A stretch of DNA of 64,000 nt from an alpha proteobacterium SCGC AAA240-E13 (lineage in GTDB: Bacteria > Pseudomonadota > Alphaproteobacteria > Pelagibacterales > Pelagibacteraceae), in NCBI GenBank assembly GCA_000504625.1, contig AZHR01000004.1:15863-79862 (forward strand), read 5' to 3'. How positions within the stretch are numbered: the stretch's first letter is position 1; every line of letters starts with the position of its first letter. A model generated the notes under the pieces. It had not been told where the DNA came from and made no database searches. It saw only the letters and a program-made list of their open reading frames with translations. A program made the translations under genes and the position numbers. This document shows, in pieces, positions 30,258 through 37,688 of the stretch.

Positions 30258-30938
30258 TTAATTCAATAATTCTTTAACTTGTTCAAAAAGAAAAACCATT
30301 TTTTTTACATTTAATCGTTTTGTATTTACATTTCTTGGGCTAGGATGGTAACAACCCACCAATATTTTTTTATCTGGTAAAGTATATTGTGCACCATGGC
30401 TAAAAACATAATATTTATTTTTTACTGAATAATTTTCTTTGTACAATTTCAAACAAGCATCAAAAGCAATCTTCCCTAAAGCAACAATAATTTTTATATT
30501 ACCAAGAAAACTGATTTCTTGTTTAAAAAAAATAGAACAATTTTTAAGCTCTTGATTGGTAGGTTTGTCTTTAGGAGGCGCACATTTTAATGCTGGAGTT
30601 AAGTATGTATTATAAAGTATAAGACCATCATTTTTATATTCCGATGTCGGTTGATTGGATAATTTTGATTTAAACAAGCATCGAAATAAAAATTCGGCTG
30701 ATTTATCACCAGTAAAAACTCTGCCTGTACGTGTTCCTCCATGCGCGGCAGGTGCTAGGCCAACTAATAATAATTGAGCATTATAATCGCCATAACCTGT
30801 AATCGGCTTTGCCCAATAGGTTTCACGAATAAATCTTTTTCTTTTTTCTTTAGCAATTTTTTTTCTAAATTTTACAAGCCGTTCACACTTAGTACACCTG
30901 ATTATCTTACGATTTAAAATATTTAGTGAATTATTCAC
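30258..30938 (-). CDS. uracil-DNA glycosylase, family 5 (UDGb)-like
   Basis: Motif A is GLAPAAHGG rather than the family-4 GE(A/G)PG. An N-terminal Cys pair (CTKCERL) could ligate an Fe-S cluster. HPSPRN lies near the C-terminus. Confidence 0.75.
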   Translation of the reverse strand: MNNSLNILNRKIIRCTKCERLVKFRKKIAKEKRKRFIRETYWAKPITGYGDYNAQLLLVGLAPAAHGGTRTGRVFTGDKSAEFLFRCLFKSKLSNQPTSEYKNDGLILYNTYLTPALKCAPPKDKPTNQELKNCSIFFKQEISFLGNIKIIVALGKIAFDACLKLYKENYSVKNKYYVFSHGAQYTLPDKKILVGCYHPSPRNVNTKRLNVKKMVFLFEQVKELLN

Positions 30939-30950
30939 AATAAATTTTTC

Positions 30951-31301
30951 TTAATTAGTTCTAGATTTTAAATAATATTGTGATCCATCAAATTTGGTAA
31001 AAAGAGAATTGATGAGCGGGTGTTGTATTGCTTTAGGATATTCTTCCAGATCAAGATTTTGTTCAGCAACATATGTTGTGTGTTCAGCTGCATGAACTAA
31101 AACGTGATACCAAGGTTTATTTTTTGGAGGACGTGATCGAGCTATTTGTTCATACCACTCATCTGAACTTTGAAAAAAGGGATCAATATCAAAAACTACT
31201 CCTGTATAATCAAATAATTTATGGTGTACAATCTGACCTATTAGAAATTTAGCTTTATAATCTGTCATACAAGTTTCTTTTTCCTTTTTTTCATTATTCA
31301 T
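30951..31301 (-). CDS. hspQ: heat shock protein HspQ (hemimethylated-DNA-binding YccV family)
   Basis: FLIGQIVHHKLFDYTGVVFDIDP and HTTYVAEQNL. The internal Met at 31268 (MTDYKAKF) fits the canonical N-terminus better than the track start. Confidence 0.8.
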   Translation of the reverse strand: MNNEKKEKETCMTDYKAKFLIGQIVHHKLFDYTGVVFDIDPFFQSSDEWYEQIARSRPPKNKPWYHVLVHAAEHTTYVAEQNLDLEEYPKAIQHPLINSLFTKFDGSQYYLKSRTN

Positions 31302-31500
31302 CTGACATAGGACTATTAATCGGTGTTGATATAATAGGTTCTAATTCGTCTTGTGATTGCTCCGATACCGTTTTTCTTTGCTTCTCTAAACGCTTTGGAA
31401 ATTTCACGTATTTTTTCTTTTTATTTTTATTTTGCTTTATCTTTTTTCTTCTATGGTAAGGATGACTTCCCCTAGTTTTACCGCTTGATACACTTTTCAT
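31294..31500 (-). CDS. hypothetical highly basic 68-aa protein
   Basis: ORF only. It has a Lys/Arg-rich N-terminal two-thirds and an acidic, Ser/Pro-rich tail. No family was recognised. Confidence 0.3.
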   Translation of the reverse strand: MKSVSSGKTRGSHPYHRRKKIKQNKNKKKKYVKFPKRLEKQRKTVSEQSQDELEPIISTPINSPMSDE

Positions 31501-31513
31501 TTTAATTGTTCAT

Positions 31514-32227
31514 TTAACGTTGTTCAATTAGTTTAGATTCTTTCCAGATACCTTTTAAAATTATTCCATCATGAAATGTGTAAGTTCCTAATCCGTTGAA
31601 TTTAGCATCTTTCCATTCTCCAACGTATTTTGCACCGTTTGCCCATATGTAAATTCCTTGTCCGTGCTTTATGTTATCTTTAATTTCTCCAATGTATTTA
31701 TTTCCATTAGCATATATGTTGGTTCCCTTTCCATTTCGTTTATTATCTTTATATTTTCCAATATATTTATTTCCAATAGAGTCTATCAAAATCCCTTTTC
31801 CATGATAGCTACCATCTTTAAATTGACCTATATATTTATTTCCATTTAGATATGACATGGTTCCTCGTCCATTCGGAAGACCGTATTTGAATTCACCAAT
31901 ATATTTTATTCCGTTCGAAAAATTCATGGTTCCATGTCCGTTTGGTTTATTATATTTTAATTCTCCAATATATTTTATTCCATCGGGATAAGTTAAAATT
32001 CCATGCCCATGAAATTTCCCATTCCTATATTCCCCTTCATATAAAACTTTTTTGTATTTGTATTGTTCCTGATATAAGAGATCATATGCAATGTTTTTTT
32101 TTTCAGTTCCAAAACAATTCGTCCATTTGAAAGAATCGGTCCCCTTACAGTTGGGCAACAAACTGTCTGCTTGGCTCATATTGTAAAAAGCCAAAACCAG
32201 AAATACACATAGAGATAGTTTTTTCAT
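31514..32227 (-). CDS. secreted MORN-repeat protein (about 8 repeats)
   Basis: Signal peptide, then SLLPNCKGTD...WTNCFGT, then tandem YxGExxxGxxxGxG units (KYIGEFKYGLPNGRGT and others). Confidence 0.85.
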   Translation of the reverse strand: MKKLSLCVFLVLAFYNMSQADSLLPNCKGTDSFKWTNCFGTEKKNIAYDLLYQEQYKYKKVLYEGEYRNGKFHGHGILTYPDGIKYIGELKYNKPNGHGTMNFSNGIKYIGEFKYGLPNGRGTMSYLNGNKYIGQFKDGSYHGKGILIDSIGNKYIGKYKDNKRNGKGTNIYANGNKYIGEIKDNIKHGQGIYIWANGAKYVGEWKDAKFNGLGTYTFHDGIILKGIWKESKLIEQR

Positions 32228-32323
32228 TATTTTTTTTTATTTTGTAAAAGAAAAGAAAAGTTTCAATCTTTTTATTACACTTGTAAACAGAATGTAATTA
32301 AAGAGAATTTAAATACCTAACAA

Positions 32324-33853
32324 TCAATTTGTAACTTTGCGCCTTAATTTTTTGACAAGTAGTTGTGATAATTTAAGAAAAAATCCGTTCTCTTTATCTT
32401 TTGTAACAAACATTGCCTTATAGTTTAATACGCCTTCATAAAACAATCTCCTGATAGTTGATTTTGAAGACCATTTCCGCCATTCCCATGCTTGAGAAAT
32501 CATATAAACAAAAGAAAAAAATGAATTATGTGGTAATTCACATAATCTTCTAACTAGTGGTTCCAAAATTGGAAATCTTAAGACTACAATCGCCCATTTT
32601 TGTAAATTACTTATTTTAACAATGTCTTTATTACGTTCTGGGCGCAAAGCTAATAAACTTAAATGGTAGTTATAAGGTGGCTTTTGTGACATTTCAAGAT
32701 CTTTTTTATCTATAAGACCTTTCTCAAGAGTAAAATCAGTTAAACCTAGGCCTGGAAAAAAATAGACAATATACATTCCCACAGCATTTGGTTTTATTTT
32801 TTGATTAATTTTTATAGTTTTCCATGCCTGCTCATAGGTTTCTGTAGGTATTCCAAACATATTAAATGTCTGAAATGGAATTTTATATTTTTTCAATAAA
32901 TATGCGCAATCATATATTTTTTGATCAGGCAACCTTCCTTTTTTTAAAACATTGCAACGAATATTCTCATCTCCAGATTCTACTCCAAAACGCACATTAT
33001 CAATATTTGCAGACTTCATTACTTTAACTTGATCTTCATCAACCAATTCAGCTCTAAGATTACAAGTCCATGGTAAATTAATTCTTTCTTTGTATTTTTG
33101 ACAAAACTCAACAAACCACTTTTTGTGAGAATTAAAAGTTGAGTCTGTAAACATTAATAATTTACCTTTAAGAAAACCTTTCTTTTTCACATTCTCTATT
33201 TCATCTATAAAAGAATCTACATTTTGATAAACTGTCGATTTTCCAGTACCAGAAAGGTTTACTATTGTAGGAACCTCACAAAATGAACATTTAAAAGGAC
33301 ATCCTCTTGATCCAACAAAAGTTACAAATGGGTAATTTTTAAAATATTCATATTTGGTATACAATTCACGATCTGGAAATGGAAGAGCAGTTAATTCACC
33401 TGATGTGAGTTTTGGTCTTATTCCATTTTTAATAATATCATTTCTTTTTTTTATCCATAAATTTTTTATGTTGAAATAATCAATCTTTTTATCAATAGCA
33501 TTGCATAATTCTACCATTGCATGTTCTCCTTCACCTCTACAAATCATGTCAATGCCATCATGTTTTAATGTAGAATCAGGAGCCATAGTTGGATGAATTC
33601 CTCCGACAATTTGTGGACAATGTATTCCATTTTTTTTTATGAATGTTGACATTGACTTTAGCCAATTCCACTGCATAGACATTATTGAATAAGCTATCAA
33701 ATCTGGTTTTATTTTCTTTATTTCTTCAACTGCTTTTTCTTCATCGTCAAATAATATGCTTGTATCATGGCCATGTTTCTTAAGCACAGCAGAAAGCTGC
33801 ATAACACCGTAGTATTCAATCCACAAATCCTGTAAAAATAAGACCTTTGCCAT
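32324..33853 (-). CDS. B12-binding-domain radical SAM protein (class B-like)
   Basis: N-terminal Rossmann-like cobalamin-binding domain pattern (PDLIAYSIMS, IVGGIHPT) and radical SAM cluster motif CPFKCSFC (CX3CX2C). Confidence 0.85.
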   Translation of the reverse strand: MAKVLFLQDLWIEYYGVMQLSAVLKKHGHDTSILFDDEEKAVEEIKKIKPDLIAYSIMSMQWNWLKSMSTFIKKNGIHCPQIVGGIHPTMAPDSTLKHDGIDMICRGEGEHAMVELCNAIDKKIDYFNIKNLWIKKRNDIIKNGIRPKLTSGELTALPFPDRELYTKYEYFKNYPFVTFVGSRGCPFKCSFCEVPTIVNLSGTGKSTVYQNVDSFIDEIENVKKKGFLKGKLLMFTDSTFNSHKKWFVEFCQKYKERINLPWTCNLRAELVDEDQVKVMKSANIDNVRFGVESGDENIRCNVLKKGRLPDQKIYDCAYLLKKYKIPFQTFNMFGIPTETYEQAWKTIKINQKIKPNAVGMYIVYFFPGLGLTDFTLEKGLIDKKDLEMSQKPPYNYHLSLLALRPERNKDIVKISNLQKWAIVVLRFPILEPLVRRLCELPHNSFFSFVYMISQAWEWRKWSSKSTIRRLFYEGVLNYKAMFVTKDKENGFFLKLSQLLVKKLRRKVTN

Positions 33854-34144
33854 ATCTATCTTCTATCTATTAAAGAAGCTTAACAATTTTAACAAAATCA
33901 ACTCGATATCTCTTACGTCTCTTATTAATTTTTGACAATACCATTGTAAAAGATCATTTTATCTTAAAAGTTATGTTCGTCAATTTAAATGATATGCATC
34001 TTTATAGTGTAAATCTGCGTCTCCCTCTCAATCTTCCATTAATGTTATAGATGTGGTAATTTTTATGTTATAAAATCTCATTTGGATCAACATCAAACTA
34101 CAATTTCAAAAGCCTTATTTAGTTCACAAAAATCAAAACATAAA

Positions 34145-34270
34145 ATGAACATCCGATTAGCTTGCGTTGAGAACGGATTAGACAATACAGGTTTCCATAA
34201 AATTGCGGCTTTCATAAAATCAATTCATCAAAATACAAAAGTTGCATATGTACCTACCGCAAATCATCGT
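34145..34270 (+). pseudogene. possible 5' remnant of a second B12-binding radical SAM gene
   Basis: MNIRLACVENGLDNTGFHKIAAFIKSIHQNTKVAYVPTANHR resembles the N-terminus of a B12-binding domain. It is locally GC-richer. The frame then runs into antisense MORN sequence. Confidence 0.3.
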
Positions 34271-34314
34271 AATATTAAAATATCAATAAATATTTTTGAA
34301 AATTTTATTATTAA

Positions 34315-34914
34315 TTATTTTGGTTTAACTAACTTATCGTTTTTCCAAATTCCTTCCTCAATTTTTCCGTTCTCTTGTGTAAAAGTTCCTTGTCCGCGTC
34401 GTTTTCCTTTTTTCCATTCTCCAACGTATTTATCTCCATTAATGTATGTGTATGTTCCTTGTCCATGACGCCCTTTTAAATTATCGGGAACATGATACTC
34501 ATCCCTTTTCCATTCCCCAACGTATTTATCTCCATTTGAATATATATATGTTCCCTGTCCATAATATTCAGCTTTTTTCCATTCTCCAGTATATTGGTCT
34601 CCATTAGCATAAGTATATGTTCCTTGCCCATGTCTCTTATGATTTTTATACTGTCCAACATATTCTCTCCCTTCATGTCTAAAGATTCCCTGTCCATGGA
34701 ATTCTCCTTTATAAAATTCGCCAATATATTTCTGACCTTTTGGGCCCAACGCAGTACCATGGCAGCTTGTCCATTTTCTCATCATACTAAAATGTTTTCT
34801 TGTGTACTTCGAAATATTTTCATCATTTCCTTTGCATTCTGGTAGGGAGCTTTGTGCCATCGCAATTTGGCATAACATTAAGATAAAATACCAATAAAAG
34901 AGCAATTTTTTCAT
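34315..34914 (-). CDS. secreted MORN-repeat protein (about 6 repeats), paralog of 31514-32227
   Basis: Signal peptide, SSLPECKGND...WTSCHGT, MORN units (KYVGEWKKGKRRGQGT), and the same C-terminal GIWKxxKL ending as the paralog. Confidence 0.85.
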   Translation of the reverse strand: MKKLLFYWYFILMLCQIAMAQSSLPECKGNDENISKYTRKHFSMMRKWTSCHGTALGPKGQKYIGEFYKGEFHGQGIFRHEGREYVGQYKNHKRHGQGTYTYANGDQYTGEWKKAEYYGQGTYIYSNGDKYVGEWKRDEYHVPDNLKGRHGQGTYTYINGDKYVGEWKKGKRRGQGTFTQENGKIEEGIWKNDKLVKPK

Positions 34915-34960
34915 TTATGTTATGTACTGGGTAGTCAAAATATTTAATTTTTAACAGAAA

Positions 34961-35491
34961 TTAATTTGGTTTAGTTACTAATTTTTTTTTTTCATAAAAA
35001 TAATTAGCAATGAAAGCGCCATAAGAAAAAATTACCGTAGAGAAAACAGTATTTTTGAAAAAAGGTATTGCCATAAAATAACAATTTATTAATCCATTTA
35101 AATTTTTTTCATAAAGTGATCCAAAAGCCCAAACCCCAAAATTGGAAATTAAGTAAAATATTAATGAACCAACAAAACCAAAAACAAACAAATTTTTAAA
35201 ATTCATTTTATTTGCTATTTTAGAAAAAATAATAGTGATTAAAAATAGTGACAGGTAAACAAAAAACATGTGTTCATAAAATCCAACAAAAACATCTGCT
35301 AACAACATAGAGGCCATTAAAACAATGAAAGATAAGTTTATATTTTTAAACAAATAACTGCTCATTATTGCAACAGCTATTATAGGAGTAAAATTTGGTG
35401 GATGAGGTATTAGTCTGGAAAAAGCTAACAATAAAATTAAACTTATCGGGAAAATTTCTTTTTGTAATATTATTGTTAATTTTTTCATCAT
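34961..35491 (-). CDS. small polytopic membrane protein, putative inner-membrane transporter component (DUF6580-like)
   Basis: About 5-6 TM segments. The RLIPHPPNFTPIIAVAIM motif matches my memory of the DUF6580 putative transport family. A 2-nt gap separates it from the upstream receptor gene. Confidence 0.55.
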   Translation of the reverse strand: MMKKLTIILQKEIFPISLILLLAFSRLIPHPPNFTPIIAVAIMSSYLFKNINLSFIVLMASMLLADVFVGFYEHMFFVYLSLFLITIIFSKIANKMNFKNLFVFGFVGSLIFYLISNFGVWAFGSLYEKNLNGLINCYFMAIPFFKNTVFSTVIFSYGAFIANYFYEKKKLVTKPN

Positions 35492-35493
35492 AA

Positions 35494-37422
35494 TTAATAT
35501 ACCTTCCTTATACCAAAATTCAAATTCCTACCCGGAGTTGAATATTGATACCCTTCTTCGTAATTTACGTCAAATATATTCGACGCTGAAAAATATATTT
35601 TATATTTGTTAAATAAGTTATAATTACCTGAAAGATCTACTGTGACATAATCATCTAATATTACATCATTATATCCCCCATTACTTGTATTGGCGTTTCC
35701 GTAATCTCTTCTCTCTGCTGCATACTTAATTAAAAGTGATGTATTAATTTTATTATTAATTTTTTTATTTATGGATGCATTCATTGAGTGCCTAGGTACC
35801 CTCACTGGCATCTCATCAAGACATGTATGCCAATCAGCCTGATATTTGGCATAATCTGGATCATCGCAGTCTTCTCCATCATAAGCATCAGTAAAAGTAT
35901 ACCCTAAATCAAAACTTAAAGTTTTTTCAGGTTTCCATTTGGTTGTAAGTTCAAAACCTCTGCTTTTAATGTTTCCTTCTGAATTTTGTATAGTTTGAGA
36001 TGGCCCTTTTCCATTATCAGTATTTTCTATCCAGTTGGAAAGATTATCATCATAGATCACATGGAATAAAGTTAGATCTAAATTGAGATTATGTTTTTCA
36101 ATAAATTTTTCAATACCAAAATCAAAACTGGTACTCTTTTCAGGAACCAGGTCTTCTTTATTATCAACGTTATAATCATAAAAGTAATCATTCAAAGAAG
36201 GAAATCTTATTCCAGTACCCAAAGAAGATCTGAATTTAGTTCTTTTATCTGGTATGTAGGCAAAAGTAATTCTTCCTGTTTCATAAGCTCCTGCCGTTGT
36301 ATGATCATCTCTTCTTAACCCAATTGTTGAATATATTTTTTCTGTAGGTCTAAATTGTAAATCTATATATTGTGAGTAGACTGCTTCATCACTTTCAAGG
36401 TTACCGGTAACAGACCATGTTGTAAAATCTGCTCTGTCAAATTCGTTATCCAAACCGTAAACAATTTTTGTATCATAATTAAAATTATATTCACCAATAA
36501 GATTAATGGCATCTCTGTATCCCCAGTAAATATCATTTGTGCCTGAGTAGCCTATTACGGATCTTTTTATATACGTATTATTATATGATAATGTATTTTT
36601 AAGATTCCCATCATCACGAATTAATCTTAAACTGTAAGAACTTTCTTCATCATCAGTATTATTACCATCTGTTCTTCCAGAAGTAACTTCGTCATACTCC
36701 AAATATGAGTCTGCATATCTTAGGTAATTTTCTAATCTAAATTTATCATTAATATTGTAACCAAAATTTGCAACAACACTGTCATTGTAATATTTATCTT
36801 TTTCATCATTATCGTTCATGGCTGAAATTCCGTCGGTTAGGAATTTATTGAAACCAACAAAATAATCATAGTTGTTTTCTTTTCCATCGAAGGAAATATT
36901 AAAATTCTTTGTATCATTTGAGCCTGTGGATACTTCTATGTCATTATGATGACCTTCTTTACCTTTTTTTGTAAAAAGATTGATAGTTCCTCCTATGGCA
37001 CTACTACCATACAAAGAACTTTGTGTACCTTTCAAAATTTCAACACGATCTATTGAACCCTTCATTAAATTGCCAAAATAATAATCATTTGATGGGCTTG
37101 AGGGATCTGAGACTTTTACACCATCTATATACACTGTAGAATATCTTTTTGGTAGACCTCTTAGCTGTACCCCCGAAGTAGTACCATGACCTCCTGATTG
37201 AAAATAATTCATTCCATTTAAATTTTTACTTAAAACATCTCCAAGAAAAAACTCATTAGATTCTGAAATTGCTTTACTATCAACTATCACAACATCGCTT
37301 CCTACAATGCTTTTTGATTGATAAGTTTTTCCTGCCGAAATAACAATAATAGGAATATTCTCAGCAAACAATTTTTTAGATGAGAACGTAATAATTAATA
37401 AAAAAATAATAATTCTTAGCAT
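35494..37422 (-). CDS. TonB-dependent outer-membrane receptor, BtuB-like
   Basis: Signal peptide, a TonB-box-like IPIIVISA, plug motifs (RVEILKGTQSSLYGSSAIGGTINL), and a beta-barrel ending in NFGIRKVY with a terminal aromatic residue. Confidence 0.9.
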   Translation of the reverse strand: MLRIIIFLLIITFSSKKLFAENIPIIVISAGKTYQSKSIVGSDVVIVDSKAISESNEFFLGDVLSKNLNGMNYFQSGGHGTTSGVQLRGLPKRYSTVYIDGVKVSDPSSPSNDYYFGNLMKGSIDRVEILKGTQSSLYGSSAIGGTINLFTKKGKEGHHNDIEVSTGSNDTKNFNISFDGKENNYDYFVGFNKFLTDGISAMNDNDEKDKYYNDSVVANFGYNINDKFRLENYLRYADSYLEYDEVTSGRTDGNNTDDEESSYSLRLIRDDGNLKNTLSYNNTYIKRSVIGYSGTNDIYWGYRDAINLIGEYNFNYDTKIVYGLDNEFDRADFTTWSVTGNLESDEAVYSQYIDLQFRPTEKIYSTIGLRRDDHTTAGAYETGRITFAYIPDKRTKFRSSLGTGIRFPSLNDYFYDYNVDNKEDLVPEKSTSFDFGIEKFIEKHNLNLDLTLFHVIYDDNLSNWIENTDNGKGPSQTIQNSEGNIKSRGFELTTKWKPEKTLSFDLGYTFTDAYDGEDCDDPDYAKYQADWHTCLDEMPVRVPRHSMNASINKKINNKINTSLLIKYAAERRDYGNANTSNGGYNDVILDDYVTVDLSGNYNLFNKYKIYFSASNIFDVNYEEGYQYSTPGRNLNFGIRKVY

Positions 37423-37534
37423 GTTTGCACCTTTACTCCTTAATTTCGAGTCTATTAAAAACCCAAAAAATTAATGCCACTGCTAATTTTTCATTGTAGA
37501 ACTAGACTTTTCTCGGCCTTTATTCGACAGCGGA

Positions 37535-37629
37535 CTATACCGGGTAGTGTTCGGACTTGGATTAGCTCCTTACCTTTGCGAGCACAGTTAATGATTCACA
37601 CATTATTCCCCACCGTAGTAACGGTACAG
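37535..37629 (-). promoter_or_regulatory. cobalamin riboswitch aptamer, compact (class II / AdoCbl-variant-like)
   Basis: The minus-strand RNA has a GGGAAUAAUGUGUGAAUCAUUAACUGUGCUCGCAAAGGUAAGGA core and the B12-box-like CCAAGUCCGAACACUACCCGG. An 8-bp helix CUGUACCG/CGGUAUAG closes it. It lies 5' of the BtuB-like gene. Confidence 0.7.
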
Positions 37630-37688
37630 TGAACGCAATAAACTATTCGAAAAAAAAAGTCAAATTTTTTTTGTTAACAAAAAATTAA

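Noticed and set aside
34082-34468. The 128-aa plus-strand ORF as a real full-length gene.
   Set aside because: It has a TTG start. Its 3' two-thirds is antisense to the MORN gene or AT-rich filler. Only codons 22-63 look protein-like, and these are reported separately as a possible gene remnant.
31658-34845. ORFs 31658-31849(+), 31942-32130(+), 34476-34760(-) and 34594-34845(+), and the roughly 69-nt periodicity inside the MORN genes. The periodicity could be mistaken for a repeat array or a CRISPR.
   Set aside because: The periodicity is the MORN coding repeat (YxGExxxGxxxGxG). The repeats are imperfect and contiguous with no unique spacers. The extra ORFs are repeat-induced open frames.
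37535-37629. Alternative reading of the leader as a TPP (thiamine) riboswitch controlling a vitamin receptor.
   Set aside because: There is no CUGAGA or ACCUGAUCUGGAUAAUGCCAGCG-type TPP core. The GGGAA...GUGNGAAUC...GGUAAGGA core and the B12-box-like element fit cobalamin instead.
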